A stretch of 64,000 bases of DNA from an uncultured Gemmatimonadales bacterium (GCA_963739455.1 CAVUAK010000001.1:1376001-1440000); one strand, 5' to 3'. Positions 8,454 through 22,124 are shown, numbered from the stretch's first letter. Notes: generated from the letters alone by a model not told the origin. Numbers and translations are program-made.

Positions 8454-11352
8454 CCTTCTCCCCTAGTCCAAGCCAGCGCGCCGCCATTGAATCACCCGCA
8501 GGGCCAGTCCTTGTGCTGGCGGGCCCAGGCGCGGGCAAGACCTTCTGCCTCATCGAGCGGATCCGGCATTTCGTCGACGTGCAGGGCATCCCTGCCGCGA
8601 GGATCTGTGCGGTGACGTTCACCAACCGCGCTGCGGGAGAGATTGCGGGCCGCCTGCGCGAGGCGGTGGGCGATCGCGCCGGTGACATGTTCGGCGGGAC
8701 GATCCATTCCTACTGCGTCTCCCTGCTGCGCGAGTTCGGCGAGCGGATCGGCGTGCCCCGCGGGTTCGGCATTGCCGACGAGAGCTACCAGGTGCAGGTG
8801 CTCAGGCGCCTGGGTGTTCCCAAGGAGGCGTGGGCCAAGTCGCGACTGGGTGACTTCACGCGGCATCGGCTGGCGGGTGCGGAGCTGCATCCCAACAGCG
8901 TGCCGCTGCTGGCCGACTACAAGGCGTGGCTCGAGCGGCGCAAGCTGCTCGACTACGACGACCTCGTCATTCGCGCGGCGCAGTTGCTGGAACTACCCGA
9001 CGTGCGCCGGGAAGTCGCGGGACGGTGGGACGCCGTGCTGGTGGATGAGTGCCAGGACCTGAACCCGGTGCAGTACGCCGTCATCAGCGCGCTGGCGAGC
9101 CAACACCGCAACCTCTTCGCGGTGGGCGACGACGAGCAGTCGATCTTCTCCTGGGCGGGCGCCGTCCCGGAAGTGCTGCAGCGACTCATGAACGACTTCA
9201 AGATCACCTCGGCCATCGTGCTGGAGGAGAACCGGCGGTCGGCGCGGAGCATCTTCGAGACGGCGCGCCGCCTGCTCACGCCTCAACCCGACGCTGTTCA
9301 AGAAGGCGCTGCGTGCCACACGGGAATCGGCGTGGGGCGTGGAGGTGAAGGTGTTCGACGACGACGACGCGGAGTCGGCGTGGTTGCTCAACGACATCGT
9401 CAGGGACCGGGGTGAGACCGGGCTCCCGTGGGGCGAGTACGGCGTGCTGTACCGCACGCACGAGGCAGGATCGCGCATCGAGGGGATGCTGCTGCAGGCG
9501 GGGGTGCCCTGCCGCCTCGCTGCCGGTCGCGCACTGCAGGACGACCCCGTGGTGCAGTACCTGGTGGCCGCACTCAGGGTCATCGCGGCGCCGGGCGATC
9601 CAGTGACCGAGGAAGCGTTCGCGAAGGTGGTGCTGCCCGAGACGCTCTACCAGCGCATCCGCACCGAGGCCGAAACGGCCCACACCGAGTTCCTCGAATG
9701 GCTTCGGCTCACGGCACGGCGGGGCCAGAGGGAAGATCCCGAGATCAAGAAGCTCCGGCGCTTCCAGGTTGCCCTCGACAACCTGCACGCGCTGGGCCGG
9801 AAGCACACCACCATCAACGGGCTGGTGGACGAGCTGCTGGCGCAGCGGGTGGGCGAGTATCGCACGCTGCTGGAGGAGCGACACGAGGAGCTGAGCGACC
9901 CGGCGGGCGACGCCGGATGTGCGCGCCCTGGCGAGCGAGCTCGGCCACCGCGATGCACGGCCGCCGGCGCGTGTGGGTCAAGCGACTTGGCGGGGTGGAG
10001 ATCGCCCTGGCGGGGATGCTGCGCGGCGGCGGCGTCACCAGCGTGGGCCTGCTCGATGCTGGTGTCGACGTGGCTGCCGGCGACCTGGTGCTCGATCCGG
10101 GTCAATGGGCCGACTCGGGTCCGGGGCTCACCACGTTCAAGGCACTGCAGCTGGCGCACAGCCGGGCGATGCCCGACGCCTTCCGCGATTTCGTGGCCTT
10201 CGACCTCGAGACCACCGACAAGGACATCGAGGGACTGCGAGATCGTCGAGATCGCCGGGGTGCGGGTGCGAAACGGTGTCATTGTCGACGAGTTCCAGTC
10301 ACTCGTCAAGCCGCGCGTGCCCATCGCGCCCAAGGCATCGGAGGTGCACGGGTACACGGCGGAGACACTGCGCGATGCGCCGTACTTCGAGGCGGTGTGG
10401 CCGGCGTTCCGCGCCTTCGTGGGCGATGACGTGCTGGTGGCGCACAACGGTCACTGGTTCGACTTCCCCATCCTGCGGCGGATGGCGGAGCCGATCGGCG
10501 GCGCGGTGGACATCCCGGTATACGACACGCTGCCGCTGGCGCGCGATCTCCATCCGGGCAGCCGGCGCCTCTCCGACCTCGCAGAAGCGTTTGGCGTTCC
10601 GCTGCTCGAGGCGCATCACGCGCTCGACGATGCCCGGGCGCTGGCGCTGGTGTTCCTGCGGCTGGAACAGGACAAGCTGGCGCGCGGGCCGGAAGACGGC
10701 CCTGGTCAACCTGCTCGACTGGCTCGGCCTGGCGCTGGTGCTGGGCGACTGGGCGACACTTTCCGACGAGGCGGGACTGCTGCTCAAGCTCACCCGTGCC
10801 TGGGCACTGGGGCGCTACAGCAACTGCCTCGATGAGTACGCGGTGGAACGGGAGCGACCCGGTGCCGCTGGGGCGCCCACACACGACGAGGTGATCGAGC
10901 GGCTGGGTGGCCGGGAGAAAATGCTGCAGATCCGCGCGGAGAAGACTGCCCACGACCGCTATCCGGCGGCGATGGAGCGACTGGGGCGGATCCTCGACGC
11001 GCTCACCGGCACCACGCTGGAGACACAGCTATCCGAGCTGCTCGAGCGGGTGGCGCTCTCGAAGTCAGACGCCGCCGAAGTGGAGACGGATCATGACCGG
11101 GTCAACCTGCTGACGCTGCACGCGACCAAGGGGCTCGAGTTCAAGAGGGTCTACATCGTGGGTGTGGAGGATGCAGAAATGCCGGGCATCAGGCAGGGCA
11201 AGCAGATGGCGAAGAGTGACATGGAAGAGGCGCGCCGGCTGCTCTACGTGGGGATGACGCGCGCCGAGGACCGGCTGGTGCTGACGCGCGTCCATGAACG
11301 GCATGGTGTGCCCACCGGCGGGGCACAGTTCCTCGACGAACTGGGGCTGTAG
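8450..11352 (+). CDS. UvrD/PcrA SF1 helicase with inserted DnaQ-like DEDDh 3'-5' exonuclease; about 4 frameshifts (near 9285, 9918, 10232, 10687)
   Basis: AGPGAGKT, TFTNRAA, VDECQD, VGDDEQSIF, LTLHATKGLEF, EEARRLLYVGMTRA; exonuclease FDLETT, VAHNG..FD, HHALDDA. Confidence 0.87.
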
Positions 11353-11354
11353 GG

Positions 11355-12204
11355 CTAAGCCGACTTCCGCGCCTTCTTCTTTGCCGGCTTGGCGGTCTCG
11401 GCCTCGTCGTCCTTGTCCTTGGCACCGCCCTTCGACAGGCTCGCCTTCAGCGCCTCCATGAGGTCGATGATCTTGGTCGGCGCCTGTTCGGCGGGCTCCG
11501 AGGTGATTTCCTGCCCATCCACCTTGGCCTGGATGGCCTGCATGCACGCGATCGCGCACCTGGTCGTGATACTTCTCCGGGTGGAACTCGTCGGTGGCGG
11601 TCTGCTCGATGAGCTGCTTGGCCAGCTTGAGCTCGGTGTCCTTCACCGTGGCCTCGGGGATCGGCACTTCTGACGCCTTCTTGAGCTCGTCGGCGTAGTG
11701 CAGCTGCTCCATGACCAGCACACCGTCGGCGGTGGGGCGCACGAGCACCAGGTTCTGCTTGCCGCGGGCGGCGTACTGTCCCAGCGCCGCGCGACCGGTT
11801 TCCTCGAGCGCCTTGGCCAGCAGGTGATAGGCGCGCTCGCCGCCCTTGTCGGGACCGAGGAAGTAGGCCTTCTCGAGGTAGACGCGGTCGATCTTGTCGA
11901 GCGGCACGAACTCGGCGATATCAATGGAGTTGGTGGCCTTCTCGTCGAGCGCCTTGAGCTCCTCGGGAGAGAACACGACGTACTGGCCCTTGGAGAACTC
12001 GTAGCCCTTGGCGATCTCGTCCTTCTCCACGACGCGGTTCTTGTCGGTCGGGACGACGTACTGCTGCTTGAGCCGGGTGCCGGTCTTCTTGTCCAGCATG
12101 TTGAACGACACGCTGACCGACGACTCGGAGGTGGAGAAGAGGCTGACCGGAACCGAGACCAGTCCGAAGGAAATCGTGGCGGAGCCAATGGATCGTGCAG
12201 GCAT
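11355..12204 (-). CDS. ku: NHEJ DNA end-binding protein Ku; frameshift near 11545
   Basis: ISFGLVSVPV, IAKGYE, F.PEKYHD, IIDLMEALKASL and basic C-terminal tail. Confidence 0.93.
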
Positions 12205-12250
12205 AAACGGAAGTAGTCTCCAAAAGCGTTGCGCGTCAACCCGGGCGCGT

Positions 12251-12280
12251 CACGTCCTCACGTCTTCACGTCTTCACGTC
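12251..12280 (-). repeat. Octamer array (GACGTGAR)x~4 on the minus strand, 5 bp before the ligD ATG
   Basis: cacgtcct cacgtctt cacgtctt cacgtc. Confidence 0.92.
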
Positions 12281-12285
12281 CAATA

Positions 12286-14926
<2,641 letters not shown>

Positions 14927-14963
14927 TGCAGACTCCCAACCCATAGCGCTCAACTCTGAACTC

Positions 14964-17308
14964 TTAACTCTCGTCTTCCTGCCTGAGCGCCACCACCGCA
15001 GCCCTGACGCGATCGGCCAGCGTCCGCTCTTCCCGCAGCTGCTCGATGACCGATTCCGCCTGCTTCATGTGCAGCGACAGGCTGCCGGCCTTCTCGAGCG
15101 CCTGATCGAGCACGGCGCGCTGACCGTGCAGCGACTCGAGGCTGGCCCGCAGGTCGAGCGTCATCGCCTCCGCGCGTGACAGGCGCTGCTCGGCGCGCTC
15201 CACCTGCTGGCGGCGCAGCTCGAGCGCTTCGACGGCGCCACTGGCCTGGCGCAACTGGGCCTGGGTGTCGAGGACGATGCGCGCCGTCTCCTCCACCTCG
15301 CGGCGGGCATCGGAAATCGAGCGTGCCGCCGCCAGGGTCTGCGCCGCCTCGGCGTGCACCTGGCGCACTTCCTTCTGCAGCGTATCCACCGCTTCCTGCC
15401 GGCTGAGCACCGACTCGGTGGCGCGGGTCATCTCCCGCTCCGCCACCTGCCAGCGCGAGAGATGCTCCTCGAACTGCCGCAGCTGGTCCTGCACCAGGCT
15501 GAGCGCGATGCTGCGCTCGCCCAGGTCGGCGCTGGAGCGCTCCAGTTCGCGCGACCGCTCCTCTGCGGTGGCGAGTGACGCCGTAAGGACGCGCACCACT
15601 TCCTCGAGCCGTTCGGCGCTGTCGGCGCCGTCGCGACGCAGTTCCTGCGCGCGGGCCAGCTGTTCCATGGCGCGCTCGAGCCCGCCCTCGCGGCGTGACA
15701 GCTCGTCCTCCAGCTGGCGCAGGCGCTCCTTCAGTTCGTCGGCCATGCGGGCCTTGCTGCCGAGTCCATCAAACGCCTCGGCGAGCGACGACATGCGCCG
15801 GTCGGCGTCACCGATCCAGTTGGCCACCTCGGCGATGCGGTCGGCGACGGTATCGGCTTCGTCGGCGCGGCCGGCGATGTGGCCGAACCGCTGCTCGGCG
15901 CCGTCCATGCGCGCGGTGAGCGCGGACGTGCGCTCGTTCAGCTCGATAGCCGAGTGCATGCATGTTGGCCACGCGCTGGCTCAGGTCGTCCAGCTGGGCG
16001 ACGCGGGTGTCGGCGAGGTCGAGCGAGGTGGTGACCCGATCGACGTCCTTCCGCACGCGCTCGACCAGCGGCTCCAGCGCCAGGAGCTCGTTCACCTGGA
16101 CCTTGAGCGTCCGGGTGGACTCGTCGCTCCGCGACAGCCACTTCTCGGTGTCGCCCTGCGACTCGCGCAGGCGCGCCAGCTCCTGCTGTGCGCGACCCAC
16201 TTCCTCGAGCGCGTCACGCACGGCATCCTCGGAGCCGCGCAGCACGCCCAGGTCGCGCATGGCGATCTCGACGGCGGGGCGGGCATCCTCGATCTTCTGC
16301 ACCCGGAGCCCGAGGCCGGCCAGCAACTGCTCGAGGCGCGCCGCCTCGGCCTGAAGGATCCGCGCGCGCTCCGCCTTCTCGCCCAGTGCCTTGAACTCGG
16401 TGGTGAGCCCGGACACCTGCTGGTACAGGTGCTGGGTCTGCCCGTGCAGTCCCACGATGTGGCGGCTCGACTCGCTCAGGACCTGGAGCTTCGTCTCGTA
16501 CTCGCGGATCTCGGCGCGGATCTCGGCGATCCGCTCGGCGAGCGAGTCCATGCCGCGTCGCTCCTGCTCCACCAGTGACACACTCCGCTCCATGTCGGCG
16601 CGCAGCCCGGTGAGGGCCTCACGCAGGGTGGCCTCTTCCGCGCCCAGCCCAGCCTGGCGCGCGCTGAGCGACTCGGTTTCGTGGGACACGCGGCGCTGGG
16701 TCTCGTCGGCGGTGGTGACGCGCACCTCGAGTTCACGGAGCAGGCGGAGCAGTTCGTCCTGGCGGCGGAACCCGCCCTCGAGCTGGGGCAGCATGCCGAA
16801 GAGGTGGGTGACCTGGCCGCTGGTGCGGTCGATCAGGTCACGCTGCTGCTCCAGGGCCGCGAGCTTCTGCGTGGTCTGCTCGGCGAGTGCCCGGAGGACA
16901 CCGATCTGGTGCTGTACCTCGGGAACCCGCTCGCTCTGCTCGCGCAGGGCGCTGACGATCCCGGTGGCCTGCCCGGTGCGCTCCTCGACCGACGGCGAGC
17001 CTCGCTTCCGCGCTGCTCCAGGCCTCGTCGAAGCTGTTGAGGCGCTGCATGGCGCGCTCGAGGGTGGGTGACAGGGCGTCGATGGCCCGCAGCTGCTGCT
17101 CCAGGGTGGCCACCCGCTCGCCGAGGACGGCGGCCATGGCGGCGCTGTCGCCGGACTGGGCGGCCTGCAGCTCGCCCGCTGCCGCCTCGGCTCGCGCGAC
17201 GAGGGCCTCGAGGCCGCTGCGTTCACGCTGGATGGCGCACAGGACCGTGCGGATCTCACCGGCAGTGGGGCCGGTCTCCTGGCGATTGAGGCCCTTGAGG
17301 AAAGACAT
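14964..17308 (-). CDS. Long all-helical coiled-coil protein (about 780 aa after joining frameshifts near 17000 and 15960)
   Basis: Three adjoining ORF pieces rich in E/R/L/A/Q with heptad pattern; GAAGGAG RBS before ATG 17308. Confidence 0.75.
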
Positions 17309-17372
17309 GGAAAGGCTCCTTCGGCGTGACGCCAGCTGCAACGGCGGAATGAACGGCGGATATCTATTTGCG

Positions 17373-17388
17373 CGCAATGCACGTGCCT
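17373..17388 (-). promoter_or_regulatory. Candidate sigma54 -24/-12 promoter
   Basis: Minus strand AGGCACGTGCATTGCG = GG-N10-GC with GGCACG and TTGC, about 65 bp upstream of the coiled-coil gene. Confidence 0.6.
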
Positions 17389-17507
17389 CTTGCAGTGCAT
17401 CGATGACGACAGCGGCGACGTTTTTTACACCGGACGGTGAGAGGGCGAGGAAGGCACTTTCCGCCTCGGCCGAGTGCCGAATACTGCACGAAGGACGGCA
17501 TGAATTG

Positions 17508-17542
17508 GGCGTGATGGCGTGAGGACTTGAGGGCTTGAAGAA
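17508..17542 (+). repeat. Mixed octamer array GGCGTGAT-GGCGTGAG-GACTTGAG-GGCTTGAA
   Basis: Read directly; links the GACGTGAR and GACTTGAA types into one GRCKTGAR family. Confidence 0.75.
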
Positions 17543-17569
17543 GGGTTCCCGCCAGGCCGGAGCTGTGCG

Positions 17570-18592
17570 ATGCGCCGAGTTCTGCAGAGTGCGACGATAG
17601 CGAGCTGCCTGATCCTGCTCGCCGGGTGCGGTGGATCAGAGGCGGCGGGGAATGAACCGCCTCCGGGGGGCAATCCGCCCGCCAATCCACCGGTGCTGCC
17701 GCCGGCCAGCCCTGCCGGCACCCCGGACCTGGGAACCAATGCCAGCCTCAACGGGAAGATTCCATTCCCGGTGGACAATGCCTGGAATGTCCGGATCGAC
17801 ACGGCACAGGTGGATCCCAACTCGAATGCGCTCATTGCCAGTATCGGGCTGACCACGAGCCTGCATCCGGACTGGGGCACGACGGAAACGGAGTACGGCA
17901 TTCCGTATGTGGTGGTGGCCGGCAGCGCGCCAAAGGTGAACGTCACCTTCGACTATGCCGATGAGAGCGACGCGGGCCCTTACCCGATTCCACCCAGCCC
18001 ACCGATCGAGGGCGGCAGCGGGAGCAGCGGTGACCGGCACATCCTCATGCTCGACCGGGACAACTGGATCCTGTACGAGCTGTACTCGGCGTATCCGCCG
18101 GCGTCGCCGGGCCAGCCGTGGACGGCGGGTTCGGGCGCGATCTACGACCTCAACTCGAATGCACTCAGGCCGGAGGGATGGACGTCGGCGGACGCCGCGG
18201 GGCTGCCGATCTTTCCGGGGCTTGCACGCTACGACGAGGCGGCGGCGGGGCAGATCCGCCACGCGCTCAGGTTCACGGTGCGGAACAGCCGGCGCGCGTA
18301 CGTGGCACCGGCCCGGCACTGGGCGAGCAGCAACAGCAGCACCAACTTGCCGCCGATGGGCATGCGGGTCCGGCTCAAGCAGGACTTCGACATCAGCGGA
18401 TTCCCGGCGCACGCCCAGGTCGTGCTGCAGGCGATGAAGACGTACGGGATGATCATGGCCGACAACGGCTCGAACTGGTACGTGAGCGGCGTGTCGGATA
18501 CACGCTGGGACCCGGCCATCTTCGACGCCTTCCGCCAGGTGCACGGCAGCGACTTCGAGGTGGTGAAGATGGGGACGGTGGTGACGCCGTAG
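17570..18592 (+). CDS. Conserved hypothetical lipoprotein
   Basis: Lipobox LAGC, Pro-rich linker, blocks GDRH, SADAAGLPIFPGL, HALRFT, YGMIMADNG. Confidence 0.8.
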   Translation: MRRVLQSATIASCLILLAGCGGSEAAGNEPPPGGNPPANPPVLPPASPAGTPDLGTNASLNGKIPFPVDNAWNVRIDTAQVDPNSNALIASIGLTTSLHPDWGTTETEYGIPYVVVAGSAPKVNVTFDYADESDAGPYPIPPSPPIEGGSGSSGDRHILMLDRDNWILYELYSAYPPASPGQPWTAGSGAIYDLNSNALRPEGWTSADAAGLPIFPGLARYDEAAAGQIRHALRFTVRNSRRAYVAPARHWASSNSSTNLPPMGMRVRLKQDFDISGFPAHAQVVLQAMKTYGMIMADNGSNWYVSGVSDTRWDPAIFDAFRQVHGSDFEVVKMGTVVTP

Positions 18593-18601
18593 CGCCGCGG
18601 T

Positions 18602-19090
18602 TCAGCACCCGAAGTCGCACATGCCTGCCGCGGTGGCCGCCACGAGCACACCGAAGGTCAGCGCGGCCACCCCGACCACCAGGACAACCGTCCCGCCCGC
18701 GTTGCTGCCCCTCGTCTGCACTGAAGTGACTTCGGCAACCGGGAATCCCACCTCAGGGCCGTTCTTCTTCACCAGTCCATAGAGCGAATCATTGGCGACG
18801 CGCGGGTCGTGAAGCTCGATCGTCCCGTGTGTTGCGGTCGTCACCCTGAGCTCGCGCACGCCTTGTGACCCTTGTGTGGACACTGGCTGCTGAGCAAGTC
18901 CCGGTACACCCGCTGGAGGTGCCGGAGCGTCGGGTGACGCCTTGGGGGGCGGAGCCACAATGGTCGCGACGTCGCCCTGCTGGTTATGCCAACCGGTGCA
19001 GCCGGTGGCCGAGACGACGTACGCGCCGAGCAAGAGTGCGGCTGTGGCGCGGCGCAGAAGGGCGCCACGGGTGACGGTAATGGTTGGCAT
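18602..19090 (-). CDS. Hypothetical lipoprotein with C-terminal TM helix (paralog B)
   Basis: ATGCTGW lipobox region; DSLYG...EVTSVQTRG followed by hydrophobic tail. Confidence 0.7.
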   Translation of the reverse strand: MPTITVTRGALLRRATAALLLGAYVVSATGCTGWHNQQGDVATIVAPPPKASPDAPAPPAGVPGLAQQPVSTQGSQGVRELRVTTATHGTIELHDPRVANDSLYGLVKKNGPEVGFPVAEVTSVQTRGSNAGGTVVLVVGVAALTFGVLVAATAAGMCDFGC

Positions 19091-19572
19091 CAGTAGCTGC
19101 CCCCAAAGTCCAACCCGATGGTGTCGAACTCGTTCAGCATCACAACGGTCCCGATGACGAGCGTCGCTCCAAGCGCGAGGCCCACGCCCAGACCGACGGT
19201 CTTTCAAACACTTGTCCCCCGGACCTGGACCGAGGTCACCTCACTCAGCGGCAGCCCGATCTCTGGCTGTCCGCGGCCGGGCGAGCCGTAGAGCGAGTCG
19301 CCACTGATTCGCGGGGCGTCCAGCTTGATCCGGGTCGTGGCGGTGGTGATCCGGATCGACTGCACTTGATTCGGTTGCTCCTGAATCGCCTCATTGCCGG
19401 GCATGCCCAGGGCCGGACCGGCGGGAGCTGGCGCGGCGACCGGATGTGCCGCGAGCACCGCGGCGGCGTCCCCGGACTGGGTTTGCCAGCTGGTGCACCC
19501 GGTGGCTCCCAGGACCTGGGTGACGAGCAGCAGCGAGGCGGTGGCGTGGCGGCTGAAGTCGAGGTGGCGCAT
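19090..19572 (-). CDS. Hypothetical lipoprotein (paralog A) interrupted by an in-frame TGA at 19204-19206
   Basis: ATGCTSW, DSLYG...EVTSVQVRGTSV*KTVGLGVGLALGATLVIG...; the frame continues to a TGA overlapping the next ATG. Confidence 0.65.
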
Positions 19573-19700
19573 GGCACAGCTCCGTTGGAGGACGGGGGGA
19601 AGCTGGGACCGGCCCGTCAAGCAACGATCAAGGGGCGCGGAACCTTCCCTGACCCCCTCGCGTAGGGCTGACATCCCCATCAGTCCAACCCGGAGGCCCG

Positions 19701-20765
19701 ATGCGCAGCGCCCGCACCGCCGTCATGTGTCCGACTCTTTCCCTCCTGCTCTCGCTCATCGTCCAGTCCACACCGCTCGCGGCCCAGGCGTTCACCCTGA
19801 CCGTCCCATTCGGCAGCCAGCGAGCAACCGTGACCCAGACGATCGGCCTGACCGACATCTCGATGTCATACGACCGGCCGGGAGTGGACGGGAGGAAGAT
19901 CTGGGATGGGCTGGTGCCGTACGATTCGGTGTGGCGGGCGGGGGCCAACGTGAACACGGTGATCGCATTCACGTCACCAGTCACCATCGGTGGGAAGCAG
20001 TTGGCCGCGGGACGATACGGGCTGTTCATGATCCCGACCGCCCAGCAGTGGACGGTGATCCTGAGCCGGGAGGCGAATGCCTGGGGACATTTCAGCTACA
20101 ACGAGGCGGAAGACGCGTTACGACTCACCGCGACGCCGGTGGCGGGCGAGATGACGGAGCGGCTGGAATACACCTTCGACAACCCGAAAGCCGATGCGGT
20201 GACGGTGACGCTGCGCTGGGAAAAACTGGCGCTGCCGTTTGTCATATCAGTGAACAGCACGCAGGTAGTGATGGACAGCCTGCAGCAACAACTGCGAGGA
20301 GTGCCGAAGTTCTTCCCCGATGCCTGGCGTCAGGCCGCGGCCTGGGCGTTCCAGCACGACCAGCTGGCGACGGCGAGTTCGTGGGCCGACACGGCCATCG
20401 GACTTGGCCCTACCTACCAGAACCTCATGCTCAAGTCGCGGATCCTGGCGAAGCAGGGCAACCAGGCCGGGGCGGACTCACTGAAGGCCCGCGCGCTCGC
20501 CGTTGCCACTGAGGCGGACATGAACCTCTATGGATACGCGCTGATGCAGCAGGGCAAGAAGGACGAGGCGCTGGCAGTGTTCATCAAGAACACCAAGACC
20601 TATCCGCAGTCATGGAACACGTGGGACAGCCTGGCGGAGTGCTACGGCAACATGGGGAACAAGAAGCTCGCGATCGCGAACTACCAGAAGGCGCTCGGCA
20701 TGGTGGGGGACCCGGCGCAGAAGCGGCGGATCGAGGGGGCGATAGCGGTGTTGCAGAAGACTTGA
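19701..20765 (+). CDS. DUF2911 domain protein with C-terminal TPR
   Basis: TQTIGLTDI..YDRP..GRKIW..LVPY..VWRAGAN; TPR-like NTWDSLAECY. Confidence 0.88.
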   Translation: MRSARTAVMCPTLSLLLSLIVQSTPLAAQAFTLTVPFGSQRATVTQTIGLTDISMSYDRPGVDGRKIWDGLVPYDSVWRAGANVNTVIAFTSPVTIGGKQLAAGRYGLFMIPTAQQWTVILSREANAWGHFSYNEAEDALRLTATPVAGEMTERLEYTFDNPKADAVTVTLRWEKLALPFVISVNSTQVVMDSLQQQLRGVPKFFPDAWRQAAAWAFQHDQLATASSWADTAIGLGPTYQNLMLKSRILAKQGNQAGADSLKARALAVATEADMNLYGYALMQQGKKDEALAVFIKNTKTYPQSWNTWDSLAECYGNMGNKKLAIANYQKALGMVGDPAQKRRIEGAIAVLQKT

Positions 20766-20905
20766 AGACTTGAAGACTTGAAGACTTGAAGGCTTGAAGA
20801 CTTGAAGGAGTGGGAAAGACAGGAGGACGGAATCATGGGATTCCGTCCTCCTGTCACTTCAAGTCCTCAAGTCTTCAAGTCCTCACGCCCTCACGCCCTC
20901 ACGCC
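20759..20905. repeat. Stop-to-stop quasi-palindrome: 6 octamers, 17-bp hairpin, 6 inverted octamers
   Basis: (GRCTTGAA)6 at 20759-20806; (YTCAAGTC)3(CTCACGCC)3 at 20858-20905. Confidence 0.95.
20818..20855. terminator. Perfect 17-bp stem hairpin between convergent genes
   Basis: GACAGGAGGACGGAATC-ATGG-GATTCCGTCCTCCTGTC; no clear U-tract. Confidence 0.7.
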
Positions 20906-21870
20906 TAGAACCGGAAGCCGAACACGAAGGGCACGTACCCCGACGTTGTTCCATCCACCCACACCTTCTGGTACGTCACCTCGATAAAGATCCGGCGGGA
21001 GTTGAGCCCGCCACCGATGCGAGCGCCATAGAGCGGGTTCCGCGCGTAACCGACGAATCCCGGCGGTGGCGAGGTGTTGCGAACGCCACCCACGCCACCA
21101 ATGAGACCGTAGGGCGCCAGGAAGCCGGGAACGCGCTTGCCAACGAGCACATCGAAGGTGCCGGTGAGGTCGTAGAAATTCGCGTCCGTGCTGCTCTCCG
21201 CCCAGTAATTTCCCGCTCCTCCCAACCGCAACTGGGTCACCTTTCCGACGCCAGCGGAATAGGCCAGCATGCCGGCATATCCAATGTCGGTGCTCGTGCC
21301 CATGTCACCAGTTGGCGCCGAGCCACCGCCACCCACGTACCAGTGGGAGAACCTCGCGGGCTTCTTCTCTGCACTGCTGCTCGCCTTCGCGGCCTTTGCT
21401 GGCGCTGCCTTGGCGGGCGCTGCAGCTGGCGGCGGCTCGAGGCCGTCGACGACGGGAGCCGGAGAGGGCGGAGAGGGCGGAGAGGGCGGAGAGGGCGGAG
21501 AGGGCGGGGAAGGCGGGGAGGAAACAACAGCAGGAGCGGACAGAGCAACGGCGGCCGGGGGCTTGGGAGTCGGCGCTACGACCGGTGCCGCAGGTGCCGC
21601 AGGTGCCGCAGGTGCCACTGGTGCTGCGTGCGGCTTCACGATGCTGTCGATCCACACCGTCTTGAGCAGGAAGGTGGTACCCGACTTCGCACTCTTGATG
21701 CGAACGCCGTTGGGGTCGTTGTCGTTCAGGATCTGGCCCTGAATGACGCCGCCTTCCTTGAGGTAGATGGTGGCCATCGCGGGTGCGCCCTGGGCTGCGA
21801 GCGGCGTGACGCCACTGATCGCGCTCCACGCAAGGACAACCACCGCGAGACGGGGTGTGAAAGTGGGCAT
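20905..21870 (-). CDS. Secreted protein with Pro/Ala linker and C-terminal small outer-membrane beta-barrel
   Basis: Signal peptide LAAQ, PAAP/SPP linker, alternating beta strands, terminal FGFRF; GAGGAG RBS. Confidence 0.75.
   Translation of the reverse strand: MPTFTPRLAVVVLAWSAISGVTPLAAQGAPAMATIYLKEGGVIQGQILNDNDPNGVRIKSAKSGTTFLLKTVWIDSIVKPHAAPVAPAAPAAPAAPVVAPTPKPPAAVALSAPAVVSSPPSPPSPPSPPSPPSPPSPAPVVDGLEPPPAAAPAKAAPAKAAKASSSAEKKPARFSHWYVGGGGSAPTGDMGTSTDIGYAGMLAYSAGVGKVTQLRLGGAGNYWAESSTDANFYDLTGTFDVLVGKRVPGFLAPYGLIGGVGGVRNTSPPPGFVGYARNPLYGARIGGGLNSRRIFIEVTYQKVWVDGTTSGYVPFVFGFRF
21461..21521 (+). repeat. Nonamer array (GGCGGAGAG/GGCGGGGAR)x~6 read as SPP on the minus strand
   Basis: Read directly. 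Confidence 0.93.
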
Positions 21871-22124
21871 GGCAAGCGCTCCTCTGTTAGGAATGCCCGA
21901 GGACCCCGGGCATCGAGCCCAACGCGGCAACGGCAGTGCCAGCGAAGCTCCGCGCGCTCGCCCAAACCATGGACGGTGACGCGATGCGATTCAGGCAATC
22001 AAGCGCTTGTCAGTGCAGGGGTTACTGAAAAGAGACGTGCCGCCCGATGAGGGCGGCACGAGGGACTGCAAAGATGGGTGCGTGGGCCGGCTTCGGAGCG
22101 CCCGACTCGTTGCGGATTCCGGCG

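Noticed and set aside
19204..19206. Selenocysteine codon
   Set aside because: It aligns to Gly, not Cys, in the paralog, there is no redox motif, and I could not identify a SECIS.
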